A stretch of DNA of 64,000 nucleotides from an uncultured Desulfobacter sp. (GTDB lineage: Bacteria; Desulfobacterota; Desulfobacteria; Desulfobacterales; Desulfobacteraceae): assembly GCA_963665095.1 (NCBI GenBank), contig OY762069.1, positions 4,992,001-5,056,000 on the forward strand, written 5' to 3'. How positions within the stretch are numbered: the first letter of the stretch is position 1; every line of letters starts with the position of its first letter. Position numbers and translations under genes: made by a program. Positions 35,077-44,481 of this stretch are shown here, piece after piece. Under the pieces are notes generated by a model. The model was given only the letters and a program-made list of their open reading frames with translations. It made no database searches and was not told the origin of the DNA.

Positions 35077-36864
35077 GTGTCGATTTTAAGGACCTTTTAC
35101 CGGAGTGGATGTTTGGAACTGATCCGTTACTATTTCAGGAAAAATCTGTTTAAGATCATCACAGGCATCCTGTTTATGATTCTGGTGGACCTGGCCCAGC
35201 TGGTGGTGCCCCAGATTATCAGAAAAGCCATTGATACCCTGGCCGGTGACAATTTTGATACCCATGTCCTGTGGATTCAATGTGCGGTTATTGCCGGTAT
35301 GGGCCTGATCATGGCAGCGCTTCGGTCCGGCTGGCGCATTTTGCTCATGGGATCGGCCAGGGACCTTGAGCGGGGCATCCGGGACACCCTTTACACCCAT
35401 ATGCTTGGCCTTGACATGGCCTATTATGACAAAACCCGGGCCGGGGATATTATGGCCCATGCCACCTCGGATATCACCCATGTGCGCATGGCCTTCGGGT
35501 TCGGCATCATTGCTTTGGCTGACTCCCTGCTTCTTGGTATTTCCTGTATTGCCATCATGGTGGCGACCAGCCCCAAGCTGGCAGCCATGTGCCTGATCCC
35601 CATTCCTTTTCTGGTGGTGACCACTAAAAAACTGGGCAATAAAATGCACCTGTACCACCTCTCTGCCCAGGAGGCTTTTTCCACGCTCACAGAGCAGATC
35701 CGGGAAGGTTTTTTCGGTATCCGGGTGATCAAGGTGTTTAATTTTGAGCGTGTGATCCGGGAAAAAGTGGACAATACAGCCACGGATTATTTCCATAAAA
35801 ATTTGAAGCGTGCTGTGATCAATGCTCTGTTGCGGCCGCTTTTAGGGCTGTTTTTCAACATGTCCACCGTGATTATTATTTTTTATGGCGGGTATCTGGT
35901 TATAGAGAAGCAGTTAAGCCCGGGGGAACTTGTGGCCTTTATCCAGTATTTAAGTATCCTGGCCTGGCCTGTCATTGCCCTGGGCTGGATGACCAACCTG
36001 TACCAGCGGGGCATGGCCTCGTTAAAACGCATTGAGGTGCTGCTGAAGACCCGGCCGGCCATTACTCCGCCAGCGGATGCTAAAGATCCGGTGTCGGTGA
36101 CCGGGCACATCTGTTTTGAAAAGGTTGGCTTCTCTTATGATAACAGCGGGGTGCCGGCGCTGTCTGATATATCCATGGATATTCCGCCAGGGGCAAGAAT
36201 CGGTATCACCGGGCCGCCGGGTGCGGGCAAGACCACCCTTTTGATGCTCATTCCCCGGCTCTATGATCCAATGGAAGGTTTTGTGTCCATGGACGGCCGG
36301 AATGTGAAAAACTTTGATCCGGAATTCCTGCGCAACCACATCAGTTTTATGGCCCAGGAGCCGTTTTTGTTTTCCGGCACCATTAAAGACAATATCCTCA
36401 TGGGTGACACACTGGCAGGCGATCCGGGGCAAAACCGCCTGGATGAGATTATCCGTCTGTCTGCGCTGGAAGAGACCATCAGGGAGATGCCCAAGGGGCT
36501 TGACACCGTGGTGGGGGAACGGGGGGTAACCCTGTCCGGCGGACAGAAGCAGCGGGTGGTGCTGGCCAGGACTCTGGTTTCTCCAAAGCCGGTGATCCTG
36601 CTGGATGATCCGGTCAGCCACCTGGACACCCGCACCGCAGACCGTGTCATCCGGGGGATCAGCGAGATGAACCGGGATGCCGCCATGATTATTGTCTCCC
36701 ACCGGCTGGCCGCCCTTGCCGGGTGCGATTGGATCTATATCCTGGAGAACGGGCGGATTGCAGACCAGGGCACCCATGAATCGCTCAAGGTTTCCAATCC
36801 CTTTTACCGGACCTCCTTTAACGTGCAGCAGTCTGAATCTGTTTCCCGGGAGGATCTGCCATGA
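35077..36864 (+). CDS. ABC exporter, fused TMD-NBD, heterodimer subunit 1 (YheI/TmrB-like)
   Basis: 6-TM domain, GPPGAGKTT, LSGGQKQR and degenerate Walker B LLDDP. True start may be TTG 35113. Confidence 0.9.
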   Translation: MSILRTFYRSGCLELIRYYFRKNLFKIITGILFMILVDLAQLVVPQIIRKAIDTLAGDNFDTHVLWIQCAVIAGMGLIMAALRSGWRILLMGSARDLERGIRDTLYTHMLGLDMAYYDKTRAGDIMAHATSDITHVRMAFGFGIIALADSLLLGISCIAIMVATSPKLAAMCLIPIPFLVVTTKKLGNKMHLYHLSAQEAFSTLTEQIREGFFGIRVIKVFNFERVIREKVDNTATDYFHKNLKRAVINALLRPLLGLFFNMSTVIIIFYGGYLVIEKQLSPGELVAFIQYLSILAWPVIALGWMTNLYQRGMASLKRIEVLLKTRPAITPPADAKDPVSVTGHICFEKVGFSYDNSGVPALSDISMDIPPGARIGITGPPGAGKTTLLMLIPRLYDPMEGFVSMDGRNVKNFDPEFLRNHISFMAQEPFLFSGTIKDNILMGDTLAGDPGQNRLDEIIRLSALEETIREMPKGLDTVVGERGVTLSGGQKQRVVLARTLVSPKPVILLDDPVSHLDTRTADRVIRGISEMNRDAAMIIVSHRLAALAGCDWIYILENGRIADQGTHESLKVSNPFYRTSFNVQQSESVSREDLP

Positions 36865-38714
36865 GCAGCACGCGCGCATTTTCCACCGAGGAAAAAAAGG
36901 TCAGCCTGGAAGATCTGGCTCTGGTCCGTGCCCTGATTCCCTATGTCAGGCCCTATGCCTGGATGCTGGTATTGACCACCCTGCTGGTGTTCTCGGTAAC
37001 AGGGTTTGAACTGGTGCAGCCCTGGCTGATTCAAAAGGCCATTGACGGGTTCATCCTGCCCTCCGGTAATCCGGGGTTCCAGATACTGGGCATGGAGATC
37101 CGGCACTTTTCAACATTCTGTACCGGATTTGCCATTATCATGCTGGCAGGATTTGTCCTGGATTTCAGTCAGTCCCTGTTCATGGAATATACAGGGCAGA
37201 AGATCATGCTTAACCTGCGGTGCCGGCTATTTGCCCATATGACGAATCTTCCTGTGGCCTATTTTGATAAGAATACATCAGGGCGCCTTGTGGCCCGGGT
37301 GGCAGGGGACATTGAAAACATGAACGAGATGTTCACCAATGTGCTGATCTTTATTTTTAAAGATTTGATGCTCATGGCCGGTATTTTTGTCATCCTGTTT
37401 TTTACCAATAAAAAGCTGACCCTCTACTTAAGCCTCATTGTCCCTGTGACCGCCGTGGGGGTATTCTATTTTTCAGGCATTCTGCGCCATGTTTTCCGCA
37501 CCATGCGACAGAAATATGCAGAAATCAACCACTGGTTTTCCGAAGCGGTGAGCGGTATCCGGGTGATCCAGACCAGCACGGCAGAGCCAAGATTCATTCA
37601 TGAATTTAAAAAATTGAATATGGCCCACTTCAGGGCGGCCATGGCCCATATCCGGATCTTTGCCGTGTTCATGCCCACCATCGGGCTTATGGGGACGCTT
37701 GCCGTGGCTGTCATTGTCTGGTCCGGCTCTTTTATGGTGGCTGACGGGACCCTGACCATTGGCGGACTCACTGCGTTTCTGACCTATATGAGGTTGTTTT
37801 TCAGGCCGTTGCGGGAGCTGTCTGAAAAATTCAACCTGCTGCAGAATGCCCTTGCCTCTGCAGAAAGAATTATCACCGTGCTGAACACGCCAAAGGCAGA
37901 CGCTGCAGAAGCGCCATATCCGGATGGCAGCAGCACGGCATCCCAAATCAAAAGACCTGGAGCTCTGTCTTCCGGCGGCATTCGCCACCTCTCATTTGAG
38001 AATGTGGATTTTTCCTATACCCCGGGTGTCCCGGTGTTGAATCGCATCAGCTTTACCCTTGAAAAGGGGGGATCCCTGGGCATTGTGGGCCGCACCGGAT
38101 CGGGAAAAAGCACCATGATCAATCTGGCCGCAGGATTCTACCGCCCGTCAGGCGGACGGATTTTAATCAACAGGGAGGATTACCGGAAATTAGATATTGC
38201 CGATGTCCGCCGCCATACCGCACTGGTGATGCAGGATCCCATCCTGTTTTCAGGAACGGTCAGGCAGAATATCTCCAGCGCTTTTTATCAGGGTGACGGC
38301 AAGGACGATAGCCGCCTGGAAGCCGCCCTTGAAAAGGCAAACTGCACATTTCTGTTCGATAAATTTTCAGGGCTGGATACCCGCCTTAAAAACGGGGGCG
38401 GGCCCCTTTCCTCCGGCGAGAAGCAGCTGGTCTGCATTGCCCGGGCCTTTGCCTTTAACCCGGACCTGATTATTTTTGACGAAGCCACCTCCTATATGGA
38501 TTCCCGGTCCGAGGTGATCATCCATGATGCCATGAAAAAGCTCATGGCGGGACGACTTTCCATTATTATTGCCCACCGCCTGTCAACGGTAAGGGCCTGC
38601 GATCACATCCTGGTCCTGAAAGAGGGCCGGATTGTTGAGCAGGGCTCCCATGAACAGCTCGTGGAAGCGGCCGGTGAATACGCCCGGCTGCTGGAAAAGG
38701 AACGGATCGGCTGA
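36861..38714 (+). CDS. ABC exporter, fused TMD-NBD, heterodimer subunit 2 (YheH/TmrA-like)
   Basis: GRTGSGKST, LSSGEKQ, FDEATS and IAHRLST. Confidence 0.92.
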   Translation: MSSTRAFSTEEKKVSLEDLALVRALIPYVRPYAWMLVLTTLLVFSVTGFELVQPWLIQKAIDGFILPSGNPGFQILGMEIRHFSTFCTGFAIIMLAGFVLDFSQSLFMEYTGQKIMLNLRCRLFAHMTNLPVAYFDKNTSGRLVARVAGDIENMNEMFTNVLIFIFKDLMLMAGIFVILFFTNKKLTLYLSLIVPVTAVGVFYFSGILRHVFRTMRQKYAEINHWFSEAVSGIRVIQTSTAEPRFIHEFKKLNMAHFRAAMAHIRIFAVFMPTIGLMGTLAVAVIVWSGSFMVADGTLTIGGLTAFLTYMRLFFRPLRELSEKFNLLQNALASAERIITVLNTPKADAAEAPYPDGSSTASQIKRPGALSSGGIRHLSFENVDFSYTPGVPVLNRISFTLEKGGSLGIVGRTGSGKSTMINLAAGFYRPSGGRILINREDYRKLDIADVRRHTALVMQDPILFSGTVRQNISSAFYQGDGKDDSRLEAALEKANCTFLFDKFSGLDTRLKNGGGPLSSGEKQLVCIARAFAFNPDLIIFDEATSYMDSRSEVIIHDAMKKLMAGRLSIIIAHRLSTVRACDHILVLKEGRIVEQGSHEQLVEAAGEYARLLEKERIG

Positions 38715-38732
38715 TGCTGGGGGTGAAGACCT

Positions 38733-39755
38733 TTATATCGGCCGGAACGCCTCAACCAACCCCATCATCTGGTCTTTTTCCTGGATGAGGCCTATCTTTT
38801 CAAAACCTGCTTCAGCCAGGCCTGCCTGAATCTCTTCAAAGGTATAGGTGCCGCCGCCGGGGGTGCCGACCAGCATGTTGATGGCAAACAGTGCCCCGGA
38901 TTTCGGTGCTGTTTTATTTTGTTTCATCACATGATCCCGGATGACCAGCCGGCCACCGGGGATCAGGGCTGGCAGGATTTTTTTATAAAGTGCCAGATTC
39001 TGCTCTTGGCTGTTCTGGTGAATAATGGCCGACAAAAGCGCCAGGTCATACCCCGACGGCAGTGTATCGGTGTAGAAGTTGCCGGACAAAAAATCAATTC
39101 GGTCCGCAAGGTTCGAACCGGCTATCCTTGCCCTGCCCATCTCAACCACATCGGGAAGGTCAAAGATGGTGGCGGTCATCCGGGGGGATGCTTCTAAAAA
39201 GGCCATTGTGTAGGTACCGGATGCGCCGCCCACATCCAGCAGGCGCCGGGCCTGGCCTGGCCGGACCGCCTGGACAACAGCCGGGGCATGCTGCCGTCCC
39301 ACCACATGCATGGCGCCGATAAAGGCCTTTTGATCATCCCCGTCAAACCTGGCAGGGATTTTGTCGGCATGGCCTGTTTCTGTGACAATGCGGGTTAAGT
39401 TGGACCAGTTGACCCAGATGGTGGCTGCGTGTTTGACCATGGGCAGTACGCTTTTGGGGGAGCTGGAATCCAACAGGGGCAGCAGGCCGGGATCGGTCTG
39501 GTAGTGACCGTCCGTCTTGATCAGCATCCCCATGGCCGCAAGAGCGTCCAGCACAACCGTCAGGGGGCGTTCGTGCCAGCCCTGCCTTTGGGCCAGCTCC
39601 GGGCTTTTCGCGGGTGTGGCCAGAAGGGTGAAAATATCCAGTTCCGCCCCGGTCAAAAGGACCCGGCATTCCATAAAATTACGCGCCAGGGAAAGTATCT
39701 CCTGGGGATTGGCAGGCGTTGTCATGGCATCATCCTTTGGTTTATGCAGAAGCAC
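38733..39755 (-). CDS. SAM-dependent O-methyltransferase (dimerisation + Methyltransf_2 domains)
   Basis: LLDVGGASG, FDLP.V, GNFY, S.IIH and PGG.L.I.D. Start may be 39725. Confidence 0.88.
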   Translation of the reverse strand: MLLHKPKDDAMTTPANPQEILSLARNFMECRVLLTGAELDIFTLLATPAKSPELAQRQGWHERPLTVVLDALAAMGMLIKTDGHYQTDPGLLPLLDSSSPKSVLPMVKHAATIWVNWSNLTRIVTETGHADKIPARFDGDDQKAFIGAMHVVGRQHAPAVVQAVRPGQARRLLDVGGASGTYTMAFLEASPRMTATIFDLPDVVEMGRARIAGSNLADRIDFLSGNFYTDTLPSGYDLALLSAIIHQNSQEQNLALYKKILPALIPGGRLVIRDHVMKQNKTAPKSGALFAINMLVGTPGGGTYTFEEIQAGLAEAGFEKIGLIQEKDQMMGLVEAFRPI

Positions 39756-39963
39756 GGTGATAACTCAAGTGTTTTCATTGGATCTCCTTTGTTTGATTAA
39801 ATTCTGTTGTGTTCTGTTGTACTTCTTGCTTGGATCCTCCACCCTTAAGGATTTGACTTGACAAAATTGGAGTGAATTCATACTAGACTATAATACATTT
39901 TGCGTCAAATTGGTGGGGAATCAATAGCGAGAACGTATCATTGAATTCCTGAAAGGAAAATAT

Positions 39964-40623
39964 ATGGAAGGGGTAGAAGCGCTTTTTAATCTAAAAAAAT
40001 CCCAGGCTTTGAATATTGATATAGGCACAAAAGTCTATCTCAGTATTGAGGGGGTAAGCTTCAATGTTTCCAGCATATTCGTCGGACTGCTTGATGATGA
40101 ATATGTTATTATCACGTTACCCAAAAGATTTAAAACCGTTCAAAGCAAACTGTTTCCCGGTAATAAAATGGTCGTAAAATACCTGCATAGCGGTTCTCTC
40201 TATGCATTTCAGACCGCAATTATTGAAATCATAACCCGGCCCATTCGCACCATTGCCATTGAATACCCGAAAATTGTCCAGAACCAGGAACTCAGAGGCA
40301 CCAGGCGAAACAACGTGGCTATTCCGGCCAGGGTGGAGATCAAGAGGCATGATCTCCCGGTGGTTGTTTTTGATATCAGCAGACATGGCTGCTGTTTCAG
40401 GTTCCAGGAAACAAGGAAGGGGCTTGTGACGTTCAAAGAAGGAGACAGTCTCAGGATTCACTGTCTGCTGCCGGGAGTGGCATATGAACTCAGTGCCATG
40501 GCGTCCATCCGAAATGTCAGAAGAGAAAACACCATACTTTCCATAGGGATTGAATTTTCCGAAGCAAACAACCAGTTTATCAGTCCGTTGACGAAATTTA
40601 TCGCATCCATCGGCGGGCATTAA
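39964..40623 (+). CDS. Flagellar brake-like protein (PilZN + PilZ)
   Basis: RGTRR (RxxxR) and DISRHG (DxSxxG) c-di-GMP motifs; N-domain G.LYAF.T.I. Confidence 0.85.
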   Translation: MEGVEALFNLKKSQALNIDIGTKVYLSIEGVSFNVSSIFVGLLDDEYVIITLPKRFKTVQSKLFPGNKMVVKYLHSGSLYAFQTAIIEIITRPIRTIAIEYPKIVQNQELRGTRRNNVAIPARVEIKRHDLPVVVFDISRHGCCFRFQETRKGLVTFKEGDSLRIHCLLPGVAYELSAMASIRNVRRENTILSIGIEFSEANNQFISPLTKFIASIGGH

Positions 40624-40669
40624 AGTTCCAGTACCACTGCTGTCTTTCCCTGATCCCGGTGCACTGCTG

Positions 40670-41599
40670 TCAGGGTTGAGGAGACGGCAGTTCCGGGATT
40701 TTTGCCTTTCTTTGAAACGACAGATCCTGGGTCATGATCACCCCTGCTAAAACCAGTATGGAGGCCATGTACTGAACGCCGGTAAAAAGTTCTTTGAGGA
40801 CAAGGGCATTCATGATCAGGGCCAGCACAGGGATCAGGTTGACAAAGGCGGTGGCCTGGCTGGCCGGAATCCGGGAGATCCCGAAATTGTAAAACATATA
40901 CGCACCCAGGGTGACCACAATGCCCAGATAGACAATGGCCCACAGGCCAACAGGGTCCCGGGGCACCAGGGGGCCGGTATTCTGGAACAGCATCAGCGGC
41001 AGATAGAATATGGTCCCGGCAAAGGCCTGCATAAAGGCAAGAAACAGCGGGCTGAAGCGGCTGGTCAGTTTTTTTACTGAAAGGGCATACCCGCTGGCAA
41101 AGACCATGGCAATAAACTCCAGGCAGTTGCCCAGAAGGGGGTTCGGGCCATGGGCATCTGGTGCGGAGACAAGACTGAGCCACAACGCCCCCACAGTGGC
41201 CACAAAAAATCCCAAACAGATCCTTGCACTTAAACGTTCTTTAAAAAAGAGCCATGCCCCAATGGCGGTGAACACCGGCATCATGGTGGAGAGCATCCCG
41301 GCCTGGGAGGCGGAGGTGTAAAGCAGCGCCCTTGTTTCAAAATAAAAATAGAGGCAGGGATCGCATAACACCAGCAATGCCAAAAATTTAATATCCTTTT
41401 TACGGATGCCCGGGCTGTTTTTAAACACAGAGGCAAAGGGGATGGCACACAGGCTTGCAATGAGCATCCGGGCAAACATCACATAGGAGGGGTGGCAGGT
41501 CCTCAATGCCAGTTTCTGAGCCGCAAAGGTGCTGGCCCACAAAATCATGGCTACCACCAGGCAGACGTAGGCCACGCTTGGGTATTTCTTCAAGTTCAT
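40670..41599 (-). CDS. DMT/EamA family transporter
   Basis: 10 TM segments in two repeats: ILWASTF, YTSASQA, F.KER and NLIPV. Confidence 0.9.
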   Translation of the reverse strand: MNLKKYPSVAYVCLVVAMILWASTFAAQKLALRTCHPSYVMFARMLIASLCAIPFASVFKNSPGIRKKDIKFLALLVLCDPCLYFYFETRALLYTSASQAGMLSTMMPVFTAIGAWLFFKERLSARICLGFFVATVGALWLSLVSAPDAHGPNPLLGNCLEFIAMVFASGYALSVKKLTSRFSPLFLAFMQAFAGTIFYLPLMLFQNTGPLVPRDPVGLWAIVYLGIVVTLGAYMFYNFGISRIPASQATAFVNLIPVLALIMNALVLKELFTGVQYMASILVLAGVIMTQDLSFQRKAKIPELPSPQP

Positions 41600-41614
41600 A
41601 GATGTTTTTTTAAT

Positions 41615-42664
41615 TTACCTGTAATCGTCCATGATCTGTGTCAGTTTCCCGCTGCCCGGGCACAGCTGCTTTTCCGACAGGGTATTCAGCGGGGTGTCAC
41701 ATGTGCCGATGATCTCATGGGTATCTTTTAAGGATTCGTTGATATGCAGGATACCGGTGAGGATCTGCCCCTTTGCCCGGTACCGTTCCAGGGCGTCAAT
41801 GGCGGCCCGCCGGTTTGTGATATCAAAGGAGTTATCACTTTTATGCAGGTGAATCAGGGTCCCGTCGTGCATGGCCACGGACTGGGTGGCACCTTCAGGG
41901 TAGTCCACGGTGATTTCAGGGCGCATGGGCACAAAATCAAAAAAAGAGGTGGCCTCCATATGATCCCGGACCCAGTGGTAACTTTTGGTGGAGGTTTCGG
42001 TGTTGTTGAATGTGACACAGGGGGAGATCACATCCACCAGCGAAAAGCCTTTATGTCTGATCGCCGCCTTGATCAGCGGTACCAGGTGGGTCTTGTCCCC
42101 GGAAAAACCCCGGGCCACAAACCCTGCGCCTAACTGCACGGCGGATTCGCACAAATCAACGGCTTCAAAGGGGTTGGGTTTGCCCTTTTTCGCCGCAGAG
42201 CCCTTGTCTGCCGTGGCCGAATCCTGGCCCTTGGTCAGGCCGTAAACCCCGTTGTTCATGACAATGTATACCATGTTCAGGTTACGCCGGGCCGCATGGA
42301 CAAACTGGCCCATGCCAATGGAGGCAGTGTCCCCGTCACCGGATACCCCGATATAGAGCAGATTTTTATTGGCCATATTGGCGCCCGTGGCAATGGAGGG
42401 CATGCGGCCATGGACCGAGTTGAACCCATGGGAGCGGCCCAGGAAATAGGCCGGCGTTTTGGAGGAACACCCGATGCCGGAGAGTTTGGCCACCCCATGG
42501 GGCGGGACAGAGAGCTCAAAACAGGCCTGGATAATGGCATTGCAGATGGAGTCGTGGCCGCAGCCGGCACACAGGGTGGAGTCCCCGCCTTCATAATCTA
42601 TGCGGGTGTACCCCAGATCATTTTTCGGCAGCCTTGGATGGCGCAGGATCGGGCGCTTGCTCAT
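41615..42664 (-). CDS. korB: 2-oxoacid:ferredoxin oxidoreductase beta subunit
   Basis: LCAGCGH, SGIGCSSK, HGR, TPP motif GDGD...NNGVYGLTKGQ and SPCVTFN. Confidence 0.9.
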   Translation of the reverse strand: MSKRPILRHPRLPKNDLGYTRIDYEGGDSTLCAGCGHDSICNAIIQACFELSVPPHGVAKLSGIGCSSKTPAYFLGRSHGFNSVHGRMPSIATGANMANKNLLYIGVSGDGDTASIGMGQFVHAARRNLNMVYIVMNNGVYGLTKGQDSATADKGSAAKKGKPNPFEAVDLCESAVQLGAGFVARGFSGDKTHLVPLIKAAIRHKGFSLVDVISPCVTFNNTETSTKSYHWVRDHMEATSFFDFVPMRPEITVDYPEGATQSVAMHDGTLIHLHKSDNSFDITNRRAAIDALERYRAKGQILTGILHINESLKDTHEIIGTCDTPLNTLSEKQLCPGSGKLTQIMDDYR

Positions 42665-44481
42665 GCGGCACCTCCTTGTTTTTTTATTGCCTCACAGATG
42701 GATGCGGCATCGGGTGGTGTGGCATCCATGTGGGTGATGGAAATCAGTTTGTCCGGCAGAATATCCAGTTCGTGGATCAACAGGGCGCGCATCTGTCCGT
42801 CCCGGTTCTGCTCCACAACGAAAATTTTTTCATGGTTGTCAATGAACGCTTTCACCTCATTGGTAAAGGGAAAGGATCTAATTCGCAGGGTGTTGAGCCG
42901 GGTGTTCTGTTCAGTTAGGAGATCCCTGGCTTCCAGGGCTGCCTGAACGGTAGTCCCGAAAAAGATCATGGCCCGGGTGGCTTCAGGGTCATTAATTGCT
43001 GTCTCAGGTGCCGGAACCAGGGTTTTGGCGGTCTCCCATTTTTTAATCAGCCGTTCCATTCCCTTTTTGTATATATCATTATTTTCAGTGTAGGCCGCAT
43101 ACTCATTATGGGAGGAGCCCCGTGTAAAATAGGCACCCCGCTGGGAATGGGTGCCGGGAAGGGTTCGGTAGCAGACACCGTCATTGTCCGTGTCCAGGTA
43201 CCGGCCCCATTTTCCGGCCCAGTCATCCTCCAGAGCGTCAAGCTGGTCTGCGTCCAGCACCTTGCCCCGGTTGTAGGTGGTGTTATCGTCCCACTCAAAG
43301 GGATCGCTCAAGTGATCGTTCATGCCAAGGTCGAGATCACTCATGACAATCACCGGGGTCTGGAGCCCTTCAGCCAGGTCAAAAGCATGGGCAGTCATGT
43401 CAAAGCACTCCTTGGGGTCACAGGGAAAGAGCAGCACGTGCCGGGTATCTCCGTGGGAGGCATAGGCGCAGGCCAGGATATCAGACTGCTGGGTCTTGGT
43501 GGGCATGCCCGTGCTGGGACCGGCCCGCTGAACATCCACCACCACCACAGGAATTTCCGCGAAATAGGCCAGGCCAAGCAGTTCGTTCATAAGCGAGATG
43601 CCGGGTCCGGATGTGGCAGTAAATGCCCGGGCTCCGTTCCAGCCGGCGCCCACGGCAATGCCCAGGGCTGCCAGTTCGTCTTCCGCCTGGATAACGGCCG
43701 CTTTTCGATGCCCCGTTTCATCCATGCGCAACTTCCCGGCAAACCGGTCAAAGGACTCCACCACTGAGGTGGACGGGGTGATGGGATACCATCCGGCCAC
43801 GGTGGCCCCGCCGTAGATGGCGCCTAATCCTGTGGCCGCGTTGCCATCTATGAGAATTTTGTTCCCCACCAGATCGCTTTTCCGCACAGACAGATCGCAA
43901 AGGTCCTTGAACCGGGATTCGGCATGATTGAAGCCGGCTTCCAGGGCCAGGATGTTTGGTTCGGCCAGGGCCGGCTTTTTGCTGAACTGCCGCTTGAGTG
44001 CCTCAACAAAAACCTCAAGACCCATATCAAAGAGGGAGGCCAGGGCACCCACATAAATAATATTTTTCAGCAAAGATCTCAGCTTGGGTATTTTAATCTC
44101 CCGGTTGGCAATGCCGGTGAGCGGCATGGGAATCAGGGTAATGTCATCCCGCAGACTTCCTTCCGGCAATGGCCTGGCATCGTCGTACAGAAAGTATCCC
44201 CCCGGGGCCAGATCATCATAATCCTGTTTCAGGGTCTGTCCGTTCATGGCCACCAGGAAATCATACCCGCCCCGGCGTGCCAGATATCCTTTTTCACTGA
44301 TGCGCACCTCATACCAGGTGGGAAGCCCCTGGATGTTGGAGGGAAAGATGTTTTTCGGGCTCACCGGCACGCCCATGCGGAAGACCGCCTTGGCAAACAT
44401 GTTGTTGGCAGAGGCGGATCCTGAGCCGTTGATATTGGCAAACCGGATGACGAAATCGTTGATTCGGGCTGGTTGTCTCAT
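42661..44481 (-). CDS. korA: 2-oxoacid:acceptor oxidoreductase alpha(+gamma) subunit
   Basis: ANINGSGSASAN, FPSNIQGLPTW, YPITPST, EDEL, TSGPG and RAGPSTGMPT. Start set to ATG 44481 (ATGA overlap). Confidence 0.9.
   Translation of the reverse strand: MRQPARINDFVIRFANINGSGSASANNMFAKAVFRMGVPVSPKNIFPSNIQGLPTWYEVRISEKGYLARRGGYDFLVAMNGQTLKQDYDDLAPGGYFLYDDARPLPEGSLRDDITLIPMPLTGIANREIKIPKLRSLLKNIIYVGALASLFDMGLEVFVEALKRQFSKKPALAEPNILALEAGFNHAESRFKDLCDLSVRKSDLVGNKILIDGNAATGLGAIYGGATVAGWYPITPSTSVVESFDRFAGKLRMDETGHRKAAVIQAEDELAALGIAVGAGWNGARAFTATSGPGISLMNELLGLAYFAEIPVVVVDVQRAGPSTGMPTKTQQSDILACAYASHGDTRHVLLFPCDPKECFDMTAHAFDLAEGLQTPVIVMSDLDLGMNDHLSDPFEWDDNTTYNRGKVLDADQLDALEDDWAGKWGRYLDTDNDGVCYRTLPGTHSQRGAYFTRGSSHNEYAAYTENNDIYKKGMERLIKKWETAKTLVPAPETAINDPEATRAMIFFGTTVQAALEARDLLTEQNTRLNTLRIRSFPFTNEVKAFIDNHEKIFVVEQNRDGQMRALLIHELDILPDKLISITHMDATPPDAASICEAIKKQGGAA

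Noticed and set aside
36541..36620. Non-canonical Walker B (LLDDP) in the ABC exporter, and LSSGE signature in its partner
   Set aside because: A degenerate site is normal for heterodimeric ABC exporters.
39853..39894. TTGACA and TATAAT upstream of the PilZ brake gene
   Set aside because: Spacing between the two best hexamers is 25 bp, so no specific promoter could be assigned.
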